64,000 nucleotides of DNA from Candidatus Melainabacteria bacterium 17Bon1m. Lineage in GTDB: Bacteria > Cyanobacteriota > Vampirovibrionia > Obscuribacterales > Obscuribacteraceae. The DNA is taken from assembly GCA_032128875.1 (NCBI GenBank), contig JAVLKG010000002.1, positions 416,001 through 480,000 of the forward strand, in the 5' to 3' direction. Every line of letters starts with the position of its first letter. Within the stretch, counting starts at the first letter, position 1. Below are positions 9,301 to 18,253 of the stretch, piece after piece. The translations under genes and the position numbers were made by a program. The notes beneath the pieces are model-generated. The model saw nothing but the letters and a program-made list of their open reading frames with translations, had not been told where the DNA came from and did no database searches.

Positions 9301-11664
9301 CGAAGCGCCCGGCAGAGGAGGAGCTGCACCAGGAACTGGTACTCCCCACGGATTGTTTGCTGGAGCTGGCGCAGGAGCTGCTTGCTCCTGTGCTCGATTT
9401 TGAATTGGTTGATCCCAGCGATTTGCATCGGCCGCCGGTTGCGCACCTCTGTCCTGAATGGGTGTATCCCAGCGGTTTTGTGCTCCACCGGGCGGCGGAG
9501 GTGGTGGCATCTGCGGTGCGGCTGCTCCCGGTGCCGGTGTTGCGCCCCAACCTTTGGGAGTTGCAGGAGCATTGGAAACAAGTGCGTCAGAACCCGGTGT
9601 GAATGCTCTCCACGTGCCGGTTTCAATTTGTTCTGCGTCTACAGACCAAGCATTGCCTGGCTTGGGAGCTGCCGCCGGAGCCTGAGCTGGTGCGGGTGCT
9701 GGTTGAGCCGGTTCTGGTTCGGGCGTTCTTGCTTGTTCTGCGCCCCAAGCGTTTCCGCCACCAGGCTGACCCCAGCCGCCTCCCGGCTGTCCGCCGGCAG
9801 GTGCACCCCAACTGTCGTTCGGTTTTTGAGCTATCTGACCCCAGCTGCTGCCGGAACTTCCTTGATTTCCCCAGGCGCCGGCCGCTGCTGGTGCAGCTTC
9901 GGCAGTAGGCGCTGCCGCTGCAGGCGCTGAAACTGCGGCATTGGCACCGGAATTTGGATCGTTTCCGGGCGGGTTGCCCCAGGCTTGTGGTTGCGCAGGT
10001 GGTGTTGCCCAACTATCCGGAACTGCGTTTTGACTTCCGCTTGGCGCGCCTTGTCCCCAGCCATTTGCGTTTCCGCCCCATGCTGAGTTTGCACTGCCGG
10101 CCTGTCCGCCTGCTTCAACTGCTGGTGCACCCCATGGATTACTGTCCGGTGCTTTTGCGGCAGGTGCAGCCTGAGACGGTGCGGGCGCAGCGGTTTCAGG
10201 AGTAGGAGGTGAACTCCATCCGCCCGGATTGCCACCACTCCAACTGTCTGCACCACTTGGGGGCGCACCCCATGCGCCGGGAGCAGCCGGTGCGGGTGCG
10301 GGCGCTGCGGCTTGTGGAGACTGTAACGGCTTATTCCAGGGCTGGTCGGGAGAGTCCATATTGGGCATTCCACCCGGCATTCCGAAATTCGGCGCCTGTG
10401 TCGGCGGTGCAAATTGATTGGAAGCAGCGGCCTCGTCGGGATCATCCCAGGCGCCACCTTGTGGCGGTGGTCCCCAATCGCCTTCCTGACCATTCGCCCC
10501 TTTAGGAGCCTCATTGCCCCAGTTCGGATCGCCCCATGCGCCCGCCCCTGTAACGCCTTGACCAGGCGCTTTCAGTCCGGGCATGGGTGGCTGTCCACCT
10601 GCAGGACCACCGGGGACTCCGCCACCAGGCGGTCCACCCCAATTAGAAGCTTCTTGTGTTGGGCTTGTTGGCTTGCCCCAATTACCGGCAAGGTTTGCTC
10701 CACCTTCGCCCATTGCATTTGGTGCCGGCATTGGTGGTGGCATTTGCGGCATTCCAGGCATAGGCATGGATTGCGACGAAGACATTGGCGCGCCCATTCC
10801 AGGAGGCGTCAAACTGGGATTTGATTGACCGGGCAAACCGGTCGGACCATTAAGCTGCTGGCGATTTGGCAAGCCTGGCGGCTTCATCCAATTAGGCTCT
10901 TCTTCCTGCTGGCGACCACTGCCTTCCGGACCGAGTTCGTCCTCGACGCTTATCGGTTCGTGCTCGCCGGTTGCTCTTTGCGATTCGGCGATCTTCCTTC
11001 TTATAGATTCTGCAAGTGTCAGCGGCTGATCATCTGTAAGTTGATTCGGTCCGGCCATGCCGAACTTTTCACCGAGCGATCTTGTAGTCGACTGAGCTTC
11101 ACGGCTGTCCATAATAGGCTCGGACATGCCTTTGGCGATTGCTTTGAGTCGAGTTGCCGTACCGGAGTGATCTTCAGGCGGCCGGCCTTTTGCTTGCGGC
11201 GGCGCCATTTGAGGAGGAATTGAATTGGAGTCTTCAAACTGAGTGATCGGCTGATTCATCGGCTGCGAGCGATGCGGATATCGGCTGCCGCCGGCAGGCT
11301 CCATGTCCATATCCATTCCTGGAGGCATGGTGTCTTTCTTGCCTCGACCACCCTTCTGCTCTTTTTCAGCTTTAGGCGCTTTTTCTTTGCCCTTGAACAT
11401 ATTGCCGAACATCGCGAAGGGTGAGGCTTTCTGTTCCGGCAAATCTTCCAGAATTGCGCGGGCGAGCATCTCTGGCTGAGGCGGCGTCAAGTCATCAGGT
11501 AACTGAACATCATCGGCAGCAAGGAGAACTTGTTGAATTTGGTGATGAAATTTAGCGCACGATTCGCACGTTTCCAAGTGAGCAGACAGCATACGCTCGT
11601 CCTGCGCCTGCAGATCCATGTCGAATCGTTGTTGAATTAAGTGTCGGAATCGACTGCAATTCAT
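6376..11664 (-). CDS. Giant protein: N-terminal zinc-finger anti-sigma (zf-HC2/ZAS) domain, long Pro/Gly/Ala/Gln-rich disordered region, C-terminal Roadblock/LC7 domain
   Basis: N-terminal MNC...HLETCESC (HxxxCxxC); C-terminal VVGSIIIGHDGLLIA...IGHNRVHQVVARTPRGFLVIADFGGGLLVTLS; lies directly downstream of an ECF sigma. Confidence 0.85.
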   Translation of the reverse strand: MNCSRFRHLIQQRFDMDLQAQDERMLSAHLETCESCAKFHHQIQQVLLAADDVQLPDDLTPPQPEMLARAILEDLPEQKASPFAMFGNMFKGKEKAPKAEKEQKGGRGKKDTMPPGMDMDMEPAGGSRYPHRSQPMNQPITQFEDSNSIPPQMAPPQAKGRPPEDHSGTATRLKAIAKGMSEPIMDSREAQSTTRSLGEKFGMAGPNQLTDDQPLTLAESIRRKIAESQRATGEHEPISVEDELGPEGSGRQQEEEPNWMKPPGLPNRQQLNGPTGLPGQSNPSLTPPGMGAPMSSSQSMPMPGMPQMPPPMPAPNAMGEGGANLAGNWGKPTSPTQEASNWGGPPGGGVPGGPAGGQPPMPGLKAPGQGVTGAGAWGDPNWGNEAPKGANGQEGDWGPPPQGGAWDDPDEAAASNQFAPPTQAPNFGMPGGMPNMDSPDQPWNKPLQSPQAAAPAPAPAAPGAWGAPPSGADSWSGGNPGGWSSPPTPETAAPAPSQAAPAAKAPDSNPWGAPAVEAGGQAGSANSAWGGNANGWGQGAPSGSQNAVPDSWATPPAQPQAWGNPPGNDPNSGANAAVSAPAAAAPTAEAAPAAAGAWGNQGSSGSSWGQIAQKPNDSWGAPAGGQPGGGWGQPGGGNAWGAEQARTPEPEPAQPAPAPAQAPAAAPKPGNAWSVDAEQIETGTWRAFTPGSDALVSNAPATPKGWGATPAPGAAAPQMPPPPPPGGAQNRWDTPIQDRGAQPAADANRWDQPIQNRAQEQAAPAPAPANNPWGVPVPGAAPPLPGASAPGGFGAGAAPQAPAMPSAPAGVAGTGIPKDSIMDRLSNVLAEGQAAPGQNSEESRWDMPIQERMKQEAMAAAPAAPPMPSPMAAPAAKATGDNRWDTPIQDRSQQQAPELSPPPPRWDVPIQERTQQLTPTTAQPVGEPLSPQPAAPTPWGSPPPAPQAAPAPAPMAPPAPPNPFGSPADQGITASSWDLPVVEAQDQLHRQPQADAAPPQPFAQPFGVPPEPAMPQSGGSPSRLNINPPAFVPGQPVPQPAMPAPPQAPAAGIGGALFNVDDNEIEKIFSEHLGINESSPQAAVPKQEGPPQPAIMKSLPIAPPEPVANPWGQPFNPPPVPGQDSNPQPFAPAMPEPQAPAFAQQAPEPQPFAAPAPPPAPFGAPAQEAPMPFATPSAPAPFGAPPAPFGAPPPAPFGAPEAPQPFATPAPAPMPFAAQTPEPVQPFGAPPPAPFGQPEAAPQPFAPAASAPPAPFGAPAAPAPANPFAMPQPATGGAGQPKIVPVMSKNVATASGGPPATGWGQPSASGGFPAAIPPNGQAPVAAAPAPFAAAPAAPENKSNGLFNLDDTAMDDLFSKNLGVQEMAKPVGGTGEQQMPAQAQMQQQMQPQMQQDMQQQMQQQQQMQQPMQQQAPSAPFAQQPFGVPPQQAAPAPFGAPPQALDQFGQAAPPQPFGVPQQAAAPAPFGAPFGAPAQAPQPPQMPQAQQAPAPFGAPAPAPFGAPAPAPFGAPAQAPAPFGAPPPQAPQAQAGLFSVDDNMMNQIFSDNLGVQDQDTQVNAGQQRVNVAAAVQALSDVAVQDPMGAAVPPPKIEGLGRLDAKPDQGGDTGSGRIASIGKFLLDQKDLEKIGKLTASDLSDTKMKILTLEAASEIQGLLHHIGGTPDVVGSIIIGHDGLLIANTMPQDIEADSIGIWALAVYMNTETAIKKIGHNRVHQVVARTPRGFLVIADFGGGLLVTLSDGRDTDALIPLMRSITQVVST
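7121..7200 (-). repeat. Coding ~24-bp tandem repeat (APAPFGAP units)
   Basis: Repeated gcgccaaa(t/c)gg...gccgga units on the + strand. Confidence 0.7.
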
Positions 11665-11691
11665 TATCAGTTACCGCGCTCTCTAAAAGAA

Positions 11692-12264
11692 CTATCCCCT
11701 GCCAAGGCATTTAACTATTTGCACTCGTGCTCTATAGAGCCACGCCTGAATGGTTTCTTTCGGCTGGTGCAAAACCGAACCCATTTGTTCATACGTAAGA
11801 TCGAGTTGGTGGCGCAGCATGAAAACCTTTTGCTGCTCCTCGGACAATGTGCTCAGGCAACGTCGTACCCTTTGCGTTCCGAGAATGACCGTCGTTTCCC
11901 AGTCCATATTGCCAGATCCATCGGAAGCCGGGTCTGTACGAGCACCAGGTGGCAACGGACCAGTGTATTGCGAGTGATACTCGGCGCAAGCGTCAACGAT
12001 AAAATTTGACACCCAGTACCAGAGAGGCATATTCACCTTCTTTGGGTCCGTGTGTTTCAGCGATGCAAAAGCATTGCGGAAAGCCATTATGGTTAGTTGA
12101 GTCGCTGTTTCTGGATTGCCTGTTGCCATGTAAGCGATGGCGTAAAAACGTTCTTGGTGATTCCAGACGAAATCGTTGCGCTGCTCTTTGTTGCCTTTCT
12201 TCAATTCGAAGAGGACTCCGGCAGCCGCTTGGTTGAAATTATTCCGAGAGGGAAGGATAGGCAT
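11692..12264 (-). CDS. ECF-type sigma-70 factor (divergent)
   Basis: 190 aa; sigma2-like (RFYAIAYMATGN...AFRNAF...WVSNFIVDAC) and sigma4-like (LSTLSEEQQKVFMLRHQLDLTYEQMG..L....TIQAWLYRAR) regions; adjacent to a ZAS protein. Confidence 0.85.
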   Translation of the reverse strand: MPILPSRNNFNQAAAGVLFELKKGNKEQRNDFVWNHQERFYAIAYMATGNPETATQLTIMAFRNAFASLKHTDPKKVNMPLWYWVSNFIVDACAEYHSQYTGPLPPGARTDPASDGSGNMDWETTVILGTQRVRRCLSTLSEEQQKVFMLRHQLDLTYEQMGSVLHQPKETIQAWLYRARVQIVKCLGRG

Positions 12265-12623
12265 CTTTTTCTATGACAAGACCGCTGAAAATGCGAATAC
12301 TGAAACAATAGCCAACAAAATGTCTGTAGCGGGACGTCAGGAGGGTTTTTCTTGATCGCAACACGCGGCCGCGAATACTCCCAACCAGCAACTCTATGAC
12401 CCAAAAAAAGGGCGAGCTGCCGACCGCCAAGTAGCCACTTTTCCAGTTTACCTGATTCGGGCGGGACTCAGGAAGGATTTTGTGGGATAACTGGTGGGCT
12501 CAAAAACGCTTACGGACTGAAAAAACCTCCGTTGACAGGCGATAACGACTCATACCGCTAACATATGATGTACCACGTTACGCGCGTTAGTATCTTCATT
12601 CTGATAATTAGGAAGCTTGCTCG

Positions 12624-13499
12624 ATGCCATTACCGGAAACGCATACTATTGAAATCAAGGTTCGCAACGCCGCTGCCTATACTTTGAACAATGTTGTTGC
12701 GACAGCAAGAAGCTGTTCGCCACAGGATTTGAAGATTGCTGCAGCGAATGTGGACTTGGTTGACGAGTCCGGTAAAGTGCCGCCAGAAGTGACCGATTTC
12801 GTAAATTATGTTATGACAGATCTCTTCACACTTTTGCACCGAAGTGGGCTTTACAACAGGCAAAGAGCCTTCTGGGAATCAATTGCTCGCGCCGTCAAGA
12901 TTACTGTCCATCCGGTCACACAAGGCTTTTTCAAGAAAGAAGCCTTGCCAATGTACGATGTGCATTTTGAGGATGCCTCAGGTGGCACCACGCTCTTAGC
13001 ATTTGTCGTTCTGAATCACGCTCAGTGGAACGTGCCTAAGTACGCTACTGCGTATTTCAAAGAATTGATGCACAGGGCTCAGCAAGCAGACAAAAAGAGA
13101 CCGGTCATGAAATCCATTATGGTCGTCGCGCCCAAACCGTTTTCAGAAGAGCTTTATAAATACGTAGATAAAATTTTGGGCGGACCAAATCTCGATCCGG
13201 TCTCGAGATTCGAATCGGTTTTGCAATCGCCATTAACTGTCCACCTGAACTTGTTTGAGTATGGTGTGTCGGCAGGCGATGCTCAAACAAGAGATAACTC
13301 GCAGATGGAGCCTGCAGGGCAAGATTCTGATGAAGAGGAAAACTCTGTCAAATCGCCTTCATATGATCCTGCTGAAATTGACGACCCCAATGTAATTGGC
13401 GATGAAAGCCTTCTTCATCCGGAAGATATGAAAGTTCGGCCAGGCCGATTCATCTTCAAGATGATTCTGCCGGATGTTGAGAAGGCGCGTAAGAAATAA
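12624..13499 (+). CDS. Hypothetical protein
   Basis: 291-aa ORF with ATG and AGGAAG RBS; acidic C-terminal tail. Confidence 0.7.
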   Translation: MPLPETHTIEIKVRNAAAYTLNNVVATARSCSPQDLKIAAANVDLVDESGKVPPEVTDFVNYVMTDLFTLLHRSGLYNRQRAFWESIARAVKITVHPVTQGFFKKEALPMYDVHFEDASGGTTLLAFVVLNHAQWNVPKYATAYFKELMHRAQQADKKRPVMKSIMVVAPKPFSEELYKYVDKILGGPNLDPVSRFESVLQSPLTVHLNLFEYGVSAGDAQTRDNSQMEPAGQDSDEEENSVKSPSYDPAEIDDPNVIGDESLLHPEDMKVRPGRFIFKMILPDVEKARKK

Positions 13500-13521
13500 A
13501 TCCTCTCTTTTTTCAAAGAGT

Positions 13522-15090
13522 TTATAGAGGAATATTTCCGTGTTTTCTCTTCGGTCTTTCAATGCGCTTGTTTTTCTGCACTTCCAAGGCGGCATGCAGA
13601 TATCGTCTCGTTTCTGACGGCATGATCACATCGTCTACATAGCCAAGCTCTGCAGCTACATAAGGATTGGCAAATCGTTCTCTGTACTCTGCAACGAGCT
13701 CTTTGTGTTTGGCAGGTGCATCGTTTTTGAGCTTGTCCAATTCTTTTCTGTACAAAAGATTGACCGCTCCATCAGCCCCCATAACTGCAATTTCCGCTGT
13801 GGGCCAGGCGAAATTGAAATCACCGCCTACGTTTTTCGAGCCCATTACGTCGAATGCACCGCCATATGCTTTGCGAGTGATTACGGTGAGTTTGGGAACA
13901 GTTGCTTCGCAGTACGCGTAAAGCAGCTTGGCTCCATGCCTGATAATGCCATGATGCTCTTGAGTGCGACCAGGCAAATAACCCGGCACATCGACAAAAG
14001 TAATTAATGGAATGTTGAATGCATCGAGGAAACGCACGAATCGAGCGCCTTTGATTGATGCATTGATGTCCAGCGTTCCTGCTAACTTCTTTGGCTGGTT
14101 GGCGACAATTCCTACTGTTTCACCATGCAGTCGGGCGAAGCCTGTGATTAAGTTAGTAGCGTAAAGTGGCGCTATTTCAAAGAAATCGCCATTATCGAAG
14201 ATGTTGGTGATTACGTCGTGCATGTCATATGGCTTGGCAGGATCATGTGGCACAACGCTGTCGAGAGAAATCATGTTTGCTGGTTCGGCATCCTGACCGG
14301 GTTCTACAAAGGGCGGCGGTTCAAGATTGTTGAGCGGCAAATAGGAGAGCAGTTTTCTCACCATCCAGAAAGATTCTTCTTCGTCCTCTGCCAGCAGTTG
14401 TGCAACACCGCTTTTCTCGTTGTGCACGCGTGCTCCACCCAGTTCGTCAAAGGTGACATCTTCACCAGTGACGGTGCGCACGATTTCAGGACCGGTGATA
14501 AACATATAGCTGGCTTTGTCTACCATGATAGTGAAGTCCGTGACGGCTGGGCTGTAAACCGCGCCGCCTGCGCAGGGTCCGTAAATCACAGAAATCTGTG
14601 GAATCACTCCTGAAGAATTGACGTTTCGATAAAAGATATCTGCGTAGCCCGCCAGTGAAGCTACACCCTCTTGAATGCGCGCTCCGCCGCTTTCGTTCAG
14701 ACCGATGACTGGGCAACCTGCTTGCTTGGCCAGGTCCATCACTTTACAGACTTTGCGGGCGAAGACTTCACCGAGCGCGCCACCAAGGAAGGTGGCATCA
14801 TGCGCGAAAATGTAGACTGGGCGCCCATCGATTTTTCCTTGCCCGGTGACAACGCCATCGCCCACGACCTTCTTTTCATCGAGCCCAAAGTGGTCGCAGT
14901 GGTGGACTGCATAGCGATCTAGTTCGATGAAGGAGCTTTCGTCAAGCAAGCTGGCGATGCGCTCTCTTGCATGCATGGTGCCTTTGTCGTGACGTTTTTT
15001 CAAAGTCGCTTCGCTGACGGCAACTGCTTCTGCGCGTTTTTCAATCAGGCGCTCGTTGGGCGTTTTTGCTGTTTTGCTCTTCGTTTCCAT
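13522..15090 (-). CDS. pccB: Acyl-CoA (propionyl/methylmalonyl-CoA) carboxylase, carboxyltransferase beta subunit
   Basis: GDGVVTG, ESGGARIQEG, GPCAGGAVYSPA, DVPGYLPG, RKAYGGA, KRKHGNIPL; start moved to ATG 15090 to avoid overlap with mgtE. Confidence 0.9.
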   Translation of the reverse strand: METKSKTAKTPNERLIEKRAEAVAVSEATLKKRHDKGTMHARERIASLLDESSFIELDRYAVHHCDHFGLDEKKVVGDGVVTGQGKIDGRPVYIFAHDATFLGGALGEVFARKVCKVMDLAKQAGCPVIGLNESGGARIQEGVASLAGYADIFYRNVNSSGVIPQISVIYGPCAGGAVYSPAVTDFTIMVDKASYMFITGPEIVRTVTGEDVTFDELGGARVHNEKSGVAQLLAEDEEESFWMVRKLLSYLPLNNLEPPPFVEPGQDAEPANMISLDSVVPHDPAKPYDMHDVITNIFDNGDFFEIAPLYATNLITGFARLHGETVGIVANQPKKLAGTLDINASIKGARFVRFLDAFNIPLITFVDVPGYLPGRTQEHHGIIRHGAKLLYAYCEATVPKLTVITRKAYGGAFDVMGSKNVGGDFNFAWPTAEIAVMGADGAVNLLYRKELDKLKNDAPAKHKELVAEYRERFANPYVAAELGYVDDVIMPSETRRYLHAALEVQKNKRIERPKRKHGNIPL

Positions 15091-15127
15091 TGTCTTTGCC
15101 GTCCGTTTTAGTGATTTTGAAATGTCG

Positions 15128-16519
15128 TCATTTAACCACACTCATAGTGGTGTAGAGAAGGAACTGATGAACGATAGTTAGATAGATGGTCATTGTGCAA
15201 ACGTCCAGAATGCTTGTGATGAAGGGACCGCTGGCGTGTGCCGGGTCGATGCCCAACTTTTGAAAGACCATGGGCATGAGTGTTCCAATCAATACTCCGC
15301 AGGTCATTGTGACAAACAGCGAGCATCCGACAACGAATCCGAGAGCCGGATTGACGCTGTGAAACATCAAGCTCATCAGTGTCGTAGCGATGCCGCAAAG
15401 TATGCCAAGTAGCATTCCGACGCGGGCTTCGTGGAAAACGTGTTTGATGATCACTCGCCAGGCGAGTTTTTCCATGCCGGTTCCGCGCAAAGTAATACAA
15501 GTGCTCTGTGTGGCAACCGAGCCTGTGACGCCAGAAAGCAGTGGCATAAAAGAAGCTGCCGCGACAGTTTCCTTGATCACGCTGTCAAAATGAGTAATTA
15601 CAGAAACCGAACCAGCCTCAATTCCAAGTGTAATCAAAAGCCACGGCAAGCGTGCACCGACGGCGCGACGAACGCTCAAACTCAGCTGTTCGCCCAGGTC
15701 TCCTGCTTCGCCTGTGATACCGGACGCTTGAAACAAGTCTTCTGTCGACTCTTCCCACAATACGTCGATGACATCATCGGCGGTGATAATCCCTCTGAGT
15801 TTGCCCGATTCATCGACGACGGGCAAAGTCAGTAAGTCGTATCGGCTTAGTTTTTCGGCTGCTTCTTCTTGGTCGGTGGTGGTCAAAACTTTGATGACAT
15901 TGTCGTCCATCAAGCTTTCGACCAGCGCCTCAGGAGGCGCCATCAGCAGTTCTTTCAAGGTTACGCAACCGGCAAGCTTTTCTTCTTCAGAAACGACATA
16001 GACGTCGTAAATGTCGTCTTCCAGCTCTGCGTATGTTTCTCTCAAGTATGAGATTGCCTGATCAGCAGTCAATTTCCCTTCTACCGCCAGATAGTCGGTA
16101 GACATGATCCCCCCTGCCGAATCTTCCTCGAAGCCCATCAGCTCTTGGATGTCTTCTTTGGCTTCTGTGTCCGTCATCTGGTTGATGATTTGTTGGACCT
16201 TTTCTTTGGGCAGTTCTGCCAGCAAGTCGGCCGCATCGTCAGGACTCATTCTGGTGATGATCGGAACGACGCCGATATCGCCAAGATCCTTAAGCAGATT
16301 TCCTTGGGTCTCAGGCTCCAGTTCTGCCAGCACAGCCGAGGCATTGTCCAGGTCCAAAAGGCGGAAGCACGAAAGTCTATGACTGTTGTCCAGATCGGTC
16401 AGCCATTCAGCAATGTCGGCTGGATGCTCCTCATTGAGAAGCATCCTAAGTTTTTGGCGCTGACCGTCATCGACCAGAGCGCTTAGTTCTTCCGGCGCCA
16501 GACGCGCTTTCTCGCTCAT
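15128..16519 (-). CDS. mgtE: Magnesium transporter MgtE
   Basis: HPADIA N-domain, CBS pair (EDSAGGIMST...GIITADDVID), TM region ARLPWL...DPA..SGPFITSILD. Confidence 0.95.
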   Translation of the reverse strand: MSEKARLAPEELSALVDDGQRQKLRMLLNEEHPADIAEWLTDLDNSHRLSCFRLLDLDNASAVLAELEPETQGNLLKDLGDIGVVPIITRMSPDDAADLLAELPKEKVQQIINQMTDTEAKEDIQELMGFEEDSAGGIMSTDYLAVEGKLTADQAISYLRETYAELEDDIYDVYVVSEEEKLAGCVTLKELLMAPPEALVESLMDDNVIKVLTTTDQEEAAEKLSRYDLLTLPVVDESGKLRGIITADDVIDVLWEESTEDLFQASGITGEAGDLGEQLSLSVRRAVGARLPWLLITLGIEAGSVSVITHFDSVIKETVAAASFMPLLSGVTGSVATQSTCITLRGTGMEKLAWRVIIKHVFHEARVGMLLGILCGIATTLMSLMFHSVNPALGFVVGCSLFVTMTCGVLIGTLMPMVFQKLGIDPAHASGPFITSILDVCTMTIYLTIVHQFLLYTTMSVVK

Positions 16520-16708
16520 GCTCTTCCAGTTGAATCTTGGGTGAGACTTATCGAGTAGCAAAACTCGCGGATGCGATTGCATCCACCAATAACCCTATCA
16601 AGATGAGAGCTAAGGTTTAAGACAAGCCTTCTAAGCTGGGCGCAAGAATATTACCCGCCTTAGCAAAAAGCGGCTTTTGCAGTCATTTTCTCTCTGAGCT
16701 TTTGTTTA

Positions 16709-17677
16709 TCAATCTTCAAGATAGCCGGCCAACTTAGAAGACCAGGCAGGTTGCCGCAGTTTTCTAAATGCTTTGTGCTCAATCTGACGAACGCGCTCGC
16801 GGGTGATATTGAAAAGGCGGCCGACTTCTTCCAAAGTTCTTTGTCTGCCGTCTTCCAGACCGTAACGCAGATGCATGATGTCCCGCTCGCGCGGTGTCAA
16901 TTGGCTGAGCATGCGGTTCAAGTCCTGGCGCATCAATTCTTCTTCTGTTGTCATGTCCGGACGCGAAGTGATGTTGTCTTCGATCAAGTCGCCCAGATAG
17001 GTCTCTTCATCTCTATTGAGCGGCATTTCCATGGAGACTGGTTCTCTATCCGCCTGGATGATTTCCGTGATCTTATTTACGGACAATTCCATGGCACTGG
17101 ACAATTCCGACTCTGTGGGCTTGCGGCCCAGTTCTTGAGAAAGTCGGGCAGAGGTTTTCTTCAATTTGTTGATTGATTCGACCATGTGCACCGGCACTCT
17201 GATGGTTCTTGATTTATCAGCCAGACCGCGGCTGATTGCTTGCCTGATCCACCAGGTGGCATAAGTGCTGAATTTGAAACCTTTGGTGTGATCGAATTTC
17301 TCGGCAGCTCTGATGAGCCCGAGATTACCTTCCTGAATTAAGTCTTGGAACGGCAGACCACGATTTACATATTTTTTTGCGATGGAAATTACAAGACGCA
17401 AGTTGGCTTGAATGAGCTTCTTCTTGGCGTCCAAATCGCCGGCGGCAATGCGTCTGGCAAGCTCGATTTCCTCATCGGGCTTGATCATTTTTACGCGACC
17501 GATTTCACGAAGATAGAGTCTTACAGAGTCTTCAGTAAATCCATCAGGACCTGTCGGCTCCTTCTCTTCCGGCTCCTCTTCCTGTGCAGCAACGGCTGCC
17601 GGCCCTTGCTGAGCATCATCCTCTTCAAAGGCTTCTTGCCAATCGTCAGCTACTTCATCGCGAACTTTAGACGCCAA
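16709..17677 (-). CDS. rpoD: RpoD/SigA-family sigma-70 factor
   Basis: [67 protein letters not shown] start with AGGAG RBS; primary vs group-2 status not resolved. Confidence 0.9.
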   Translation of the reverse strand: MASKVRDEVADDWQEAFEEDDAQQGPAAVAAQEEEPEEKEPTGPDGFTEDSVRLYLREIGRVKMIKPDEEIELARRIAAGDLDAKKKLIQANLRLVISIAKKYVNRGLPFQDLIQEGNLGLIRAAEKFDHTKGFKFSTYATWWIRQAISRGLADKSRTIRVPVHMVESINKLKKTSARLSQELGRKPTESELSSAMELSVNKITEIIQADREPVSMEMPLNRDEETYLGDLIEDNITSRPDMTTEEELMRQDLNRMLSQLTPRERDIMHLRYGLEDGRQRTLEEVGRLFNITRERVRQIEHKAFRKLRQPAWSSKLAGYLED

Positions 17678-18138
17678 TCTCGTGAACTCCTACTGGTAAA
17701 AACTTGCGAGTGAACTCGGCAAACGCCACACACTGGATATTTACCCAATCTACTTGTAAATCTCGCGGTCTGCCTACTTCTTTAGCAGTCAAGAGGTAGA
17801 TTAACTTTTGTAAATTTGGACGAAGTCGTTGTTAGATTCTGCATTCTGGCAGAGAAGCGTCACACAGTTAGCGGATTTGTCGCTGGTTCGCCTGATGGCC
17901 AGCCGCTTGCATAAGTTTGCCCTTATATACAAATGTTATACGGGCGGGCGAGGCTGCCCTAACCAGGCACTTTCAGTAGCTGCAAGTAGCTTGAAAACTT
18001 TTCTATGCAGATTCTAAAGGCAGAAATCTTTGGAAAGCATTGAGCCCTGCTCCCCGACCTATATAGTCGTGCTATATTCACTTTTCGCCCATTCTTATCA
18101 AAGTGGGCAGTTATGCCTGGAAAGGCCGGAGAAACAAC

Positions 18139-18252
18139 ATGACCAAGAAATACAACGCTCGCGAAAAGAAGCAACGCCGTTTGGCCAAAGAGCGCCGTAA
18201 AAAAGAACGCATTAAAGAAGTAATCGCCAAGGCTGCCGAAAGGAAGAGCTAG
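18139..18252 (+). CDS. Small Lys/Arg-rich protein (37 aa)
   Basis: GGAGA RBS then ATG; MTKKYNAREKKQRRLAKERRKKERIKEVIAKAAERKS; stop 1 nt before the trpS start. Confidence 0.65.
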   Translation: MTKKYNAREKKQRRLAKERRKKERIKEVIAKAAERKS

Positions 18253-18253
18253 A

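Noticed and set aside
6500-11240. Many overlapping 60-300 aa ORFs on both strands
   Set aside because: Shadow frames of the GC-rich, repetitive 1762-aa gene; no RBS or domain signal
16520-16708. M-box riboswitch upstream of mgtE
   Set aside because: No recognisable M-box consensus in the short spacer
17680-18138. T-box leader for trpS
   Set aside because: No T-box sequence or terminator/antiterminator seen
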